Shown: piece after piece, positions 1 through 13,200 of the stretch
Numbering within the stretch: the first letter of the stretch is position 1
Layout of the letters: the number at the start of each line of letters is the position of its first letter
DNA from: Vicugna vicugna
Lineage: Eukaryota
DNA: 64,000 nucleotides
Direction: 5' to 3'
NCBI GenBank assembly: GCA_013265495.1
Contig: MU061538.1
Span: forward strand, 1,118,001 to 1,182,000
Program-made: the position numbers and the translations under genes
Notes under the pieces: generated by a model
What the model saw: only the letters and a program-made list of their open reading frames with translations
What the model was told of the DNA's origin: nothing
The model's database searches: none

Positions 1-610
1 CTTCCTTTCTTAATTAATGAGACTGACCAGGTGGAAGCGGAGGGCTGGGTGCTGGTGCTCGGCAGGTCTATAAAGCTGAGCACCGTGACAGCACCATGGA
101 GGAGGAACAGAGATCGCTTTAATATGTTTCTATCCTGTGTCACAGTTTGAAATTGTCCTGGTTTATGTCCCTTTTGGCAAACTTACATAAAAGTGACCTT
201 GTACTGTATTTTATGACCAGATGACTTTTTCCCCCCAGTGACTAATTTGTATCAGGCCTCCATCTTAAAGAGACACAGAAATGAGTAGGAAGTCCAGCTC
301 GGGCTCAGTGAGCTTTCATTGCGTTCTTTCATTATTTTTGCTCGTTTTTGCCACTGATCATCCATAAATTGTTGGAAATGAGTGATTAAGGAAGTGCTGC
401 TTAGTGTTAGTGGCACATGCGCATATTTGGCATGTTTTTGTGGGTGAGAGGAAATCACGTACACAAAGGGAAACTCCTGCTGGGAACCTTTCAAGGAAAT
501 TTACCTTGGGTCTCGTTTTGATCTTGATGTTTATTACAGAAAATGGAGTCATATCTCACCAACTATTGTTATGTGTTAATGTGATTTTCCCAACACCTTT
601 AAGGAAAAAA
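1..610. promoter_or_regulatory. ZRS: ZRS (ZPA regulatory sequence / MFCS1), long-range SHH limb enhancer in LMBR1 intron 5; 5' part truncated by the window start
   Basis: Recognisable core (TTTGGCAAACTTACATAAAAGTGACCTTGTACTGTATTTTATGACCAGATGACTTTTTCCCCCCAGTG) upstream of LMBR1 exon 6. ETS motifs AGGAAGT 287-293 and 389-395, AGGAAAT 449-455 and 494-500, partial (A)CTTCCT at 1-6. E-box CAGATG 218-223. HOX-type motifs TTTATG 162-167, CATAAAA 186-192, TTTATGAC 210-217, CCATAAA 362-368. The 3' boundary is approximate. Confidence 0.97.
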
Positions 611-1189
611 CCTCATTCAGTAATTTATAACAAAAGTCCTCTACCCTCCCACAATTGGGAGGACTAATTTTGTGCCTAGAAACAACATGGCTAAGAATGG
701 TTATTTTCAAAACATTTAATTCTGGTAGTGTTGTTATACATGATGTTCCTTTTGGAATTGTGCCTCTACTGTAAAACGCAGGGTTCTGGTAATGTACATG
801 GAGCATTTCAGACATTGAAGCTTGAAGTAGAGAATTGCAGAAAAAGACCCATGAAAGGATTATTTTGAGGACAAGGTGCATTTGTTTCATTTAAAATTAT
901 TTGAGTTTATAAGGATTTTGAATTAAAAATCCTTTAGTTAATAAAATGACATTAATTTTGTCACTGTTCTTAGTACAATTGCCTGTTGGAGGTGACTGGA
1001 TTATTATTTCAGTAGCAGTATCTGTGATTGTTGAACAGCATCTGTGTGTTTAAAACACACCATGCGGCTCCCGCATACTTTGTGATGGTTCCATACTTTG
1101 GACTGGACCCTTGTGTAGCACCTTCATCTTTCTCTCCAGTTATCTAAGGAGAGATTTCTGCTCTAAGGCTAGACTGTCTCTTTATTTGT

Positions 1190-1365
1190 GTAATAGTATA
1201 GTGGCAAAACTATAAGCTCTAGCATTCAGAAGGCCTGGACTTAATTCTTGGCTCTTTTTACCGACCTGGGGCTTTAGACACGTTTCCTGGGGTCTCCATC
1301 TGCATAATGGGCTGGCAGTACTCACTCGTCCTTGGGTAGCCGAGGGGCTTGAGTACTTCACTTAA
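1190..1365 (+). mobile_element. Degenerate MIR SINE
   Basis: MIR-like order of motifs (tagtgg...ctctag...cagaaggcctgg...tcttggctct...tctccatctgcataatggg); boundaries approximate. Confidence 0.55.
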
Positions 1366-4300
1366 CCTGTTTGTACACCAGCAGGACGCAGTGGGAGCAG
1401 CGGTTGTTAGATGCGTGAGTGTGCCAGCTGGCAATCATCAGGAAGATTTGTGTAGGATTACACTTTACATGTGATAGCAAAATGAGGTAAGAAATTATAG
1501 TGGTGTTGACATAGTCGGCCTTTCAGTTTTCTTTTTGAAATAGAAATGATTTTATCTTCTAACAGTATGGGTTGTAAAAAAGAGGTATTATGTTTAATAG
1601 GTAACTGAATTTCAAGCTTTATTTTATATGCTGATTAAATTACTAACTAATGTCTCATAATATGTTAAATGAGGAGAAGTTTTAGTAGGGAGGAAATAGA
1701 AAATCACCAGGTTCAGATTTTAAAGTAATTATACTTTCAGTTAAACTGACCCTAAGACTTCTGATATTCATAAAACGGTTTTATAGATATAATTATTGCC
1801 ATCGTTTAGAGTCTCTTTTCTAAAACTTTTTTTGGGGGAATTGAAAGTACCCACCCTTGGTTGGAATGAACTTTATTTGAAAGTAAAATTAAATGTCAGA
1901 TTTAACGCTGCTTGGAGAGCTGCCTGCGTGATCATGATACGCCCCACAGCCTGTGGGACGAGAGCTCACCCAGGATGCCAGGGTTTGGATTGTTAAAATC
2001 TTCTATTTATTTGGCATTTAAACTCATATTTATTTGTCTATAAAATCGTTTATTCAGCACGTCACAGTGTTAATCTTCTGATCTCTATGAAATGTATGCC
2101 AGTGTAGCTGAAACTTGGTATCTGCTTTACAGCCCATTTATTTGGCCCACTTGGCCCAGAAATAAAAGTGGTGTGTTCAGACACAGCAGAGGCAATAGGA
2201 CTGCTCGACATTTTTGACATCAGATAATATTTTGATTGCGGTTTATCTACTTTTCTTCAAAACTTAAGTCATTAATAGTTACGTTACTTAAAAATTTATT
2301 GGTTTGCACAGTTTCTGTTAAGGAAAGGAGATTCTCATTTAGAAAGACAAGTTCTTACTGTTATAGAGTGAATTTTAAAGCACTGAAGTGTTAAAAAATT
2401 CATAAAACGTATGTTCTTTTAGTCAATAAAAATAAGATGAGCAGGCAAAAACAAAACATAAGGCTACATCAACAATGGAAAAAGAATCAAATGTACTGAG
2501 ATGATCAGTGTAAAGGAAGCACTTCCTGAGTGATGGCTCCTGTGAGATCCAGTGTGTTCCTGTTATCTTTCCTAGAACACAAAGAAGAAATTTTAAGTTG
2601 TTTTTTATAATGCTGGATTTAAATACTTTTATACTTGCATATTTTAGTTGGGATTACTTGATATTTAATGTTTCTCGTTACATGTTAATTAATGACTAGT
2701 AAGTTTTATAAGCAGTCTTTTAAACTGACTTGTGAAGGATTTAAAATTAAAAAAAATCCTTTTTGAAGTGTCAGAAAGATTTATTTGATCTCTTGATGGT
2801 TTTTGCTTCCTTATTAAGTGCCTAGAGTTAAATGATATTTCTGATTTAGTTTCTTAGAAGAATTTAATGAAGCACCTTGTGCTGTGATAAGAACTTACCA
2901 CATAACTTGAATGCATAACTGTGATTCAGTTTTCTAAATGAGATTCCCTTCTCCTTCTGTAATCACCTTGGTTCAGGTTTCATCACTTCTTACTTGGATT
3001 GCTTACACCGCAGCCCATCTGTGTTTTCTACTTCCGGTTTTGTTCCCACACGAAGTAACCTCCACACCACCTTCTAGCATTGCTTTCTCAATAATGCTGC
3101 GCCTGTAACTCACCTCCATAAAATCTCCAAGGGCCAAAACTGAACAGGCACGACGAAACTTGAATGCTAACTGGATAAGTGATGCCCCGGTTGGGGCAGG
3201 GAGGTGGTTACAAGGTGGTTCAGGACCACGGGTGCATTGAGGCTGGGAGCTGGCACCAAAGCCCCACTGAAAGCCCTGGGCAGAAGAGCATGCTTGTCTC
3301 CCAGACTCACACACGTACCCTGCCCACGGCAGAGGAGGGCTGTCAGCCTTAGCTCTGGGCAGACGCCTCCCCTGAGAGTTAGTCCACAAGCGTCTCCCTC
3401 CCAGGAGTTGGGGTGCAGTCAAAACCTGTATTGTTGGGAGACCCCCAAGCCAAGAAATCAGCATAAAAGCTTTGTCAAAGCCTTATGCATCATGTTATCA
3501 TTTTAACCTAGTGTATTATTAACTAAATTAGAATTTGAAGTGTTTTATATAAATATATAATTAATGTTGGTTTTAGAAAGTTGATTTAATACAATTTGAG
3601 ATACATAATGTATACAAATTTTTGAGCTGATACTATTTATGACATGGGCTGTTTAATTACCTTTATATTAATTGCATGAGAAAACTCAAGACTTGACAAC
3701 AAACATAAAAGCAGGCCTAAACAAAACCTGATTTCATTTTATCCTAGCTTTTTTCCATTTTAAACTTACCCCCTTTCTTAGTAATTTGATATTGGTTTAG
3801 TTCTTAAGGTGTTATCACTCCTCCAAAGCCAAGGATGAATGACACAGTCTGCTCTGTTTTAGCTGCCTTTTCTGTGAGTTTTGACCAAGAGCCAATATTT
3901 TAATCTATCTGTAGTTAATTTTGTGACATGATTAAAAAGAGTGACTCTAAATACATTTTTCTCTGTTATTCTAAAGCATTGTATATAGTATTATTACTCT
4001 TACCAGTTATTTTTTAATATTTTAAAATTCTCTTCTATAATGACATGTATTTTTAGACTTTTGCAGCATGTAGTGCCTGGAATCACTGCTGTTTTCTTAC
4101 TTTTCTTACTGTCTTTTATTTTTCTTACTCTGTGATTTCCCCTGGACAGTTCTCCATAGATTTGACCCTAGCTGCTTTCTCTCATTTCAGGATTTCTCAA
4201 AACTACTTCTCTGCTGATGGCACCCTGTCCGCTAGCATAATCAATTCATGCAGTTAGTTCCTGTTGACCACTTACTGTATGCTGGGTACTGCTACAGCTG

Positions 4301-5879
4301 CTAGGGGCAGTGCAGATTGATTGATTATTTATTATGTAATTTTCATGTCTTCTGTGATTAAAGAAAAGTATGTTTATTAATCCATCATCTTGAGCCGATG
4401 TCCCTGATTCCTCTCCTTCTACCTGTTAGCTTTACCAGCCCTTTATCTGGAATTCAGTTATTGTTAATTTAGAGACATTCTTTGCCCTTGGAGGCCGTGG
4501 AGGTCTGTAGTCCCTGCTTGTGTCGGCTCTGATTTCATCAGCAAGTATGCGGCGCTGTCTTTTGACCTCTCCGCTTTAGCTCTGCAGCTGTTTCAGCCTC
4601 TTAGTGTTGGCCTTAGTGTTGTTTAAAGAAGGTCTTTTCCAATCTACTGTTCAGAAATTCCTTATCAGCATTCCAAGATGATTCCTACAAATGTACAGGC
4701 CCTTTCTAAGTGCATCTGTGTTCCAGGATCTTTAATGTTTAATCTCCCTAAGTCTTACTTGGCTTGCGTGAAGCAAACTCTTGAGACTGATGATTTTGGC
4801 TGATTCTCCTGTGCATCTTGACTTCTATCAGTTTTTCATTAATATTTGAATTATAATTTAAACAAGTTTAGAGAAAGCCAATTAACCCCACATTGTATTT
4901 TATATCATTCCAAATTACCTGTCAACATTTGTACTTGGATTATTGTGTAATTATAATTAGTGTGTACATATATTTTATGTCCTTCTTACTTTAATAATTT
5001 ATTTTGTGTACATAAGTTTTCTAGTGCCAGGAAAAATTGTCCAAGACTTGGAAATGGGCAGAAGAGATCCTGGGTATGTATGAGTGGAGTGTTGGGCCCT
5101 GTCTAGTGGATGCTGGGGAGTATCTGATCCTATAGGGGGGTGCAGTTTTGGCTGATTTTCTGTTGACTTGGCTATAATACATCTACTTAGGGTTAGCGTT
5201 AACTTGTAGGAAACCGAGAGCAATGCAAATTAATTTTGTCTGGTAGAGATATAATTGATTTCTTCCCTATACAAAAGATAGCTCCAGACATTTCATTTTA
5301 TTGTCCCACAGGGTATTATCCAGTTTTGCATCTGTTAGTAAATTGATTTTTAATATTTCTGGTTATCTAAGTATATCTGTGCTCTTCAGATTCTCCTTTG
5401 ACCTGGTTTTAACAGAAATTAAAACCATATGCTAAAGGGTGTGAAGAACAGAAGAGACCAGGGTACTCAGAGAGGAGCTGCAGTCAGCAAGCAATAGTCA
5501 CACTTGGCTGTGGGCTGAAGCAGAGCTTGGGTCCTGATAGTTGAGAGCTGGTAAATGCCTGCAAGTGTCCACCGGGGCACAAGTCCCGAGTCACCTCACC
5601 CAGACCCAGGTCCTGCCTGTCCAGATCCACTGTCACCAGAAGCAGAAGATGATAAAGAAAAAAGCAGGACAAAAACTCCTGGGTATGTGAAGGTGAGCAG
5701 GGACCCACAGGTGACCAGACATTTGGGAAGAGCCAACACTGTGAGAGGGACCAAATTTGATGTACTATTCAAGTTAATAGACAAAGAGAAGATTTCAGAG
5801 ACATTTGAAAATATTTGATCTAGCATTTTAGACTGCTTTTTGGCAGAAGGAATTAAAGATGTCTTGTCCTCAGTGTTGC

Positions 5880-7045
5880 CAGAAATGAAAATTCTCCTGA
5901 GTCATTCTGATAAAAAAAATCAAGTCCATACAGTTTCTAGGATATTTCTACCAGCCTTTAAGGAATAGATAACTCTAATTTCAACATATTTTTCTGGAGA
6001 TTTGAAGATGGAACACTCACAATTGCATTTTATGGGACTAGTATAGTCTTGATGCTGAAAGCAGAAAAGGATAGTATGAGGAAGGAACATTATATGCCAT
6101 TCTTTTTCATGAATACTTGCCAACCAAAAAATATGAAGCTGAATCCAACTATGTACATGAAAGATCATCATCAAAAGCATTTTATTTCAGCCACCAGGGT
6201 TGGTTAACATTAGAAAATCTGTATCTTGTTAGCAGAGTAAATGAGAGAAAAGAATTTAGTGAGCACCCCAGAAGAGACTCAGAGCACATCCCTGAGGTCA
6301 GGGACCATTCAGGATCAGAAAGCACAGTGAGACCGAGAGGGAGCGCTCTCAACCTGGCCGTGCACATCCACCTGAAGCCTGCATCTGACATTGTTCTCAG
6401 TAGTAAAATGTTAGAAGTATTCACTTCAAAATTGCAATCCTATATCGAGTACTTTTATTTCTAATAATAGACAACACTGTAGTAGATTTCTTAACCAGTA
6501 CAACTAGAAAAGAAAAGAAAAATCGAAAGGAACAAAATAGTAATGATTAACAGATAATACTATCTCTTGACAAATCCTATATATAGAATCTAAATTATCA
6601 ATTCAAATAGGAAAATTTAGCAAGGAAGCTGGATAGAGAATACAGAAAAACCAATAAATAACAGCAACAAACAGACAATCTAATTACAAATACCTTTTAT
6701 AATAGCAAGGCAGCCTAAGGTATATTGAAAAAAACTCAACAAGTGATTTCTAAAACCTTCTTGAAATAATATATGGAAACAAAAAAATCTTATTTAAAGA
6801 TGTTAAGAAGGCTTAGATAAATGGATAGATACTCTATGTTTATTAATTTCTTTATATGGTAAAAATATCAGTTTTCAAATTATTTTTTAAAGTCAACGCA
6901 GTTCTAATAAAATTTCTGAAAGGTTATCTCATGACATGTGAGAAGGAGATAGTAAAATTCTTATGGAATGGCAGAGAGCCAAGAAAAGCCAAAGCAATTT
7001 TGAAGAACATGGTGATGGAACTTACTCTGTCAAATACTAAAAAAG
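5880..7045 (+). mobile_element. Ancient L1 ORF2 remnants
   Basis: A-rich; ORF 6856..7065 reads ...KFLWNGREPRKAKAILKN, resembling L1 ORF2 KFIWNxKRPRIAKAIL. Confidence 0.7.
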
Positions 7046-7850
7046 AAACAAAAAGACTTGAATAGACATTTTTTGAAGAAGGTATGCAAATGGCCAATAA
7101 GCATGTGAAAAGACCCTGCCTAATACCACTAGTCATTAGGGAAATGCAAGTCAGAACCACTGGAAGATACTTTTCTCCACACCCATTAAGGGGGTTTACT
7201 GGGGAAAAAAACTCATAAAGTTACAAGTATTGGTGAAGATATTGAGAAATTAGAACTCTTGTACACTGTTAGTCAGAATATAAAATGGTGTAACCACTGT
7301 GGAAAACAGTATAGTGGTTGCTCAAAAAATTAAAAACAGAGTTACCAAATGATCCAGAAACTCCACTCTGGGTGTGTACACAAAAGAATCGAAAGCTAGG
7401 ACTCCACAGATATTTCTACACCCGTTTTCGTGGCAGGATTATTTACAGCAGCCAAAGGTGGAAACAACTCAAGCATCCATCAGTGGATTAGTAGATAAAA
7501 TACGGTATGTATATACAGTGGAATACTGTTTAGCATTAACAAGGAAGGAGATTCTGACACGCTACAGCCTGGACGATCCTAGAGAGCTTGTGGTCAGACA
7601 CCACAAGACAAATACTGTATGATTCGGATTCATGGAGACAGTAGACAGGGGGTGTCCAGGGCTGGGCGTTAAGTGGGGCGTTACTGTTTAATAGTGCAGA
7701 GTTCAAGTTGGAGAATATAAAAAGTTCTAGAGGCGGGTGGTGGTGATTGCCTGACTGTGTGAATGTACTTAATGCCACAGAACTGTACGCTTAAAAATGG
7801 TTAATGGTACATTTTATGTTTTATGTATTTTACCATAAGAAAAAAAAGTA
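7046..7850 (+). mobile_element. L1M (L1MB-like) ORF2 end and 3' UTR
   Basis: gacttgaatagacattt...atggccaataagcatgtgaaaaga...gaactgtacgcttaaaaatggttaa...taccataagaaaaaaaa. Confidence 0.85.
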
Positions 7851-8934
7851 CGTAAATGACAAACGCAGCAGTTCAGGTTGGTGAGGCGGGTGTGTGTGGT
7901 GGGCAGAGCCACATGGGTGCACGGTGGTTGTGGTGATGTTCCTTTGAGTGGTGTATCCACAGGTATTTAATAGACATGCAAAGTGCAACAGTGTACAGAC
8001 AGACACCTCAGAGATACTGTGGGCTTGGTTCCAGACCACCGCAGTAAAATGATTATTGCAGTGAAGTGAGGCACATGAGTTTTTTGGTTTCCCAGTACCT
8101 ATAAAAGTTATGATTACACTGTACTGTAGTCTATTAAATGTGCAATAGTATTGTGTCTAAAAAACAGCGTGCATACCTTAATCAAAAAATACTTCGTTGC
8201 TAAAAAACGCTAACCATCGTCCGAGCCTTCGGTGAGGTGGTGTCTTTGTGCTGGCGAGAGCCTCGCCTCGGTGTTGATGGCTGCTGACTGATCAGGGTGG
8301 CGGTTGCTGAAGGCTGGGTGGCTGTGGCAATTTCTTAAAATAAGACACCGTGAAGTTTGCCACATTAATGGACTCTTCCTTTCGGGAACAACTTCTCTGT
8401 AGCAGGCAGTGCTGTGTGACAGCCTTTCAGCCACAGTAGAACTTTTCAGAATTGGACTCAATCCTCTCGGACCTTGCCGCTGCCCTGTCAGCTGAGGTTC
8501 TGTCACTCCCTAAACGCTTTGTTGTCATCGGGACACCGTCACAGCGCCTTCACCAGGAGAGGATTCCGTCTCAGGAAACCACCTGCTCTGCTCACCCTTT
8601 TCCGTGGACATTTACCATGAGGCTGCAGCAGTTCAGCCCCAGCTTCAGGCCCCACGTCTAATCCCAGTTCAGCCACTGTTTCCACCACGTCTGCAGTTCC
8701 TTCCTGCACCGAGGTCTTGAACCCCCCGAAGTCCACGAGGGTCAGAGTCCACTTCTCCCGACTCCTGTTAGTGTTGATGCTTTGCCCTCTTCTCATGAGT
8801 CTTGAGTGTTCTTAATTGCATCTGGAATGGGAGTCCCTTCCAGAAGGTTTCCAGTTCCTTCTCCCAGACCCATCAGAGGAATCAGTCTATGGTAGCTACA
8901 GCCTTACAAAGTATGTTTCTTCAATAGTAAGACT

Positions 8935-9062
8935 TGATAGCTATCTTGATTGTGTGGTGGTTTCATAGGTGTATACATCTCTCAAAATTTGTCGAATTGT
9001 ACATCTGAAATATGTGTAGTTACTGTACAGGAATCATACCACAATAAAGGTGTTAAAAAATA
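8935..9062 (+). mobile_element. Short L1M 3'-end fragment nested in Tigger1
   Basis: tatcttgattgtgtggtggtttcataggtgtatacat...caataaaggtgttaaaaaa. Confidence 0.75.
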
Positions 9063-9846
9063 AGCAGTGGTTTTGGAAAGGAATCTTTTTTTCGGAGCAG
9101 TGGGTCTCAATAGTGGGTGGAAAATATTCAGTAACCACGCTGTAAACGGGTGTGCCGTCCCCCAGGCTTTGTTCCGTTTACAGAGCGCTGGCAGAGTAGA
9201 TTTAGCGTCATTCTTAAGGGCTCTGGGGTTTCTGAAATGGTAAATGAGCACTGGCTTCAACTGAAGTCACCTGTCCTTTGAAGCTTTGAAGCCAGGTGTT
9301 AAATTCTCTCTAGTGTGAAAGTCCTAGGCGGCATCTTCTTTCATCATGAGGCTGTCTTGTCTGTGTGGAAGCCTGTCGTTCCGTGGCCCACCTTCACTAA
9401 CCCACTGTCTTGGGCAGCTTCTGGAGAGCCTGCGCAGCTCCTGCCGCAGCACCTGCCGCGTCACCTGCTCTTTGGCATTACTGAGACGCAGTCTTTCCTT
9501 GAACTTCAGGGACCACCCTCTGCTGCTTCAGACTTTTCTTCTGCAGCGTCCTCACCTCCCCCGGCCGTCATGGAACTGAAGAGGGTCAGGGCCTTGCTCT
9601 GGATGGGGGTTTGGCTGAAGGCAGTGCTGTGGCTGGCAGATCTTCTCTGCAGACACTAAAGCTGCCTCCACGACAGCAGTAAGGCTGTTTCCTTCTTACT
9701 ATTCTTGTGTTCACCGGAGCAGCCCTTTCCATTTCCTTCAGGAACTTTTATTTTGCCTTCACACCTTGACTGTTTGGTGCAGGAGACCCAGCTTTCAGCC
9801 TCTCAGCTTTCCACGTTTCTTCCTCACTGAGCTGCATCGTTTCTAG

Positions 9847-10266
9847 TTATTTTTTTTTTAATTGAAGTGTAGTTGATTTGCAATGTTGTGTTAGTTTCTC
9901 ATGTACAGCACAGTGATTCAGTTATACATCTATATATTCCTTTCCACATTCTTTTTCATCATAGGCCATTAGAAGATAGTGAATTCAGCTCCCTGTGCTG
10001 TACGGCAGGCCCTTGCTGTTTATCTGTTTTATACATAGTAGTTGGTATCTGCAAATCCCGAGCTCCTAATTTATCCCTTCCTACCGCATTTCCTCCTGGT
10101 AAGCAGAAGTTTGCTTTCTTTGTCTGTGAATCTGTCTTTCTTTTGTAAATAAGCTCATTTGTGTCATTTTTTAAGATTCCACATAAGAGTGATACCATAC
10201 GGTATTTGTCTTCCTCTGTCTGACTGATTTCACTTAGTGTGATGATTTCAGTCCGTCCATGTTGCC
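9847..10266 (-). mobile_element. Cetartiodactyl-type L1 3' end nested in Tigger1
   Basis: Poly-T then aattgaagtgtagttgatttgcaatgttgtgttagtttc...agattccacataagagtgataccata; flanked by gcatcgtttctag / gcatcacttctag (11 of 13 identical, likely target-site duplication). Confidence 0.88.
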
Positions 10267-13200
10267 GCATCACTTCTAGCTTTTGATTCAAAGTGAGAGA
10301 TGTGTGACTCTTCCTTTCGCTTGAATGCATGGAGGCCCTTGTAGGGGAATTAACTGGCCTGATGTCAATACTGTTGTGGTCAGGGGGTAGGGAGGCCCGA
10401 GGAGGGTGAGAAAGATGGGGGAACAGCCGATCGGTGGGGCCGTCAGAACACCCACAACATGTATTGAGTAAGTTTGCCATCTTAGATAGGTGCGATCATG
10501 ATGCCCAGACAGTCACAGTAGTGAGATCACAGGTCACTCATCACAGGTCACCACAGCAAATATGATACGGATGAAGAAGTTTGAAATATTATGGGAATTA
10601 CCAAAATGTGACCGAGAGACACAGAGTGAACAAATGCTGTTGGGAAAATGGCCCTGATAGACTTGCCACAGACTTTCATTTGGCAAAAAAATGCAGGTAT
10701 CTGCGAAGTGCAGTCAAGTGAAGTGCAGTAAAATGAAGCAGGTCAAGCTCAGTACGTAAGAGCAGAAAGGGAAAAAGGTGGTTTATTTCTTGGGGATGGG
10801 CTCATATTAACCAAACTTATGTGAAACACCAAAATGCCAATTTGCTGATTTTTAATGGAAAACTGGGAAATACTCATGCATGGGTTTACGCCTCCCCTCA
10901 CAAAGCTGTTACCGAGAGCTGGCGGGCTGTGGACGTCGGGGTGGGACTGGCCCAGCGCCGCCGACGGGCTGTTGGTCTGGATTCAGAGCAGACGGCCTAA
11001 AGCGTTGTGTGCGTGTTTCCTGCTTAGTTCGCTGTCAGAAGGGTAGCTTGTCTGTGGTGTTTTGGAATTCTTAGTCCTTTTTGTGCAGATGCACTCTTTG
11101 CTGCGTAAACAGTAAGACACTGTTACCTAAATCATGAGGAATTGCTTTTATGCTATGCTCTGCTCCTTGATGCCTTGTGCATTTTGCTGTGGTGATGTAG
11201 TAAGTAGTAACCCTTACGATCTTTCTTCTGTTGTGTCTGTCTGGAGCTCGTGCCTGGGTGCTTTAGGAGAGGCAAGGTAAGGTATTGGCAGCAGTGTTCT
11301 CTTATAGGAGTGAGCGTTTGACCTCAGCCAGTGTGCGCTATTATGGAACTGAAAACTAATGTTCCGGTAGAAGAAATGTTTGTGCATTTTGCTTTAGTTC
11401 CTTTACTAAAACTAGAGATGGTCTTGATTATGTTTTAAGCATTCTCCTCCACCTGCTATTTCCATATCCGTTTGTCTTTTTATGTCTTATTTCTGTCGTA
11501 TGGGGAGGTAGAAGGTTCAGGCTCCAAGAGCTGGCAGACCTGGAGTGAGAGAGAGTGTCTGGCAGGCCTCGGACAGGGCGACCACGGGCGGGTTATCTAC
11601 CCATTCTTGGATGTGAGCCTTCTTGTTTATAATACATTCTCCTTTATTGTGAATATTCAATCAGCACATACAAAGCAGCTATGTAGTAGGAGCTTTGCAA
11701 ATTTAATTCTTATCTCTTCCATCAAGTTTATAACTAAAGAATTATTAGCATGGAATTAGAAGAAAAGATCTTACTTGCTGACCATTAAATTATCTTGATG
11801 TGATGCAGTGTACTGAAAATTGTTTTTTTCCCAAATCTAGAAGTTTGTTTAAACATTTTGATATAAAGTCCCTGTAGTCTTTTTACAATTCAGTTCTTTC
11901 ATGTACATGTTGGAAAGTTGTTGTATTAGTTTGTTTACTTGCAACCTGGAGGATTTTGTTTGATATCATGAGAAATTTCTGCCCATAAATTTAAATACAG
12001 TGAACATCTTATTTAGTTCAGTGAACTGGCAATGTTAGTGTTATTATTTTAAATTATCCTAAAGTACTTTCTTTTTGTCAAGTTTTAATAACTTGAGAAT
12101 ATTATATTTTTAGTTTTTCTATTTTCAATAACTATTAAATAAATACATATATACATATGAGATAGACTGCAGAAAATATTAATATTAAAAAACACTTCAC
12201 ATAGAGCTTAGCAACACTTTCTGTAAGGCTGTTTTCTTTGACATGGGACCCAGACTCTTTTTGTCTCTGGCTCTAATGATTCCTTTGGGAGCTAAGGGGG
12301 AAATGTGTGGCACTCTAGGATGCCTGTTTGTAGTTTTTTCCCTTTTTGTTAAATGGAAACAATGGCTTGATATTTATTTTAAATGTTCCGTGAATGTAGA
12401 AATTTTTCCCAGGCTTTCCTGATGGGTGGAGGCATAGTATATAAAGTGGTGTTTACATATCTTCCCGGAGGTCAAGATGTCCATGCAAAATCTTGTTTAA
12501 ATGTTCATCACCATAGAAACATATCAGCTTATTGTTAGAGCTTTTGTAAATATATTGTAATTTTCACTTCACTGATGTTCAGTACAGAACAGTTAATGTG
12601 TAATTGGCCAGCGCAGAAATTTCAAGAAGCAATTGTATCATAACTATTTTAGTGTTTTAGACTTTACTTATTCAGTACTTATGTAAATCTGAAAGAAATC
12701 TGAGTCTCCATGTGTTTAGCTTCTACTAGCTTATTTAATCTAATTTAAATTGTTATAATGTTGAGATAGGTGTAATTTCCGAAATAATAATGGTATGAAA
12801 CTAATGTAGTTAACTATATGGCATATGTTTCTCAAAAACAATATGACGTTTCCTTGGCAGAAAGAAAGTACTTTATTTTGATGGTGTTTTCTACTGAAAC
12901 ACTGAGTGCTTATTACACTATGATTTTAATAAAAGGGGTGGAATCACAGATTTATGTTTTGGGGGGAGGGTTCAGACAATTACTCTGATGGGAGATAAAA
13001 ATATTATGAAGCTCATGAGACCCTGTTGCTGTATGGCTTAGTAGAAGCCTTCAAAACTATGTGAAGCAAGTACGGCTGTTGGTAAGTAGTTCTCATAGTT
13101 CTGTGATCTTGTGTTCAGGAGACGTTTCTTACTTTGTAAGATGAACAATGGGAACCTTCTTCCACTCTGACAACGTTTCGCCACTTTGTTGTTTGCAGGG

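Larger units (their letters stand above)
7996..10745 (-). mobile_element. Tigger1 (TcMar-Tigger) DNA transposon, decayed, both termini present, with two nested L1 fragments
   Basis: Transposase remnants in minus-strand ORFs: SSERKSHTSLTLNQKLE (N-terminus), KPVLIYHFRNPRALKNDAKSTLP, and SSTV...TACYRE...ERKS (C-terminus). Termini resemble Tigger1 ends (acacctcagagatactgtgggcttggttccagaccaccgcagtaaa; gcgaagtgcagtcaagtgaagtgcagtaaaatga). Confidence 0.9.

Noticed and set aside
252..890. Short ORFs overlapping the ZRS
   Set aside because: No recognisable protein; chance ORFs in a non-coding enhancer
4285..4312. CTGCTAGGGGCAGTG as a CTCF motif
   Set aside because: One G short of the core spacing; aligns poorly to CCASYAGRKGGC
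8210..10480. Intact TIGD1-like domesticated transposase gene
   Set aside because: Fragments lie in different frames, with stops and two L1 insertions; a decayed Tigger1
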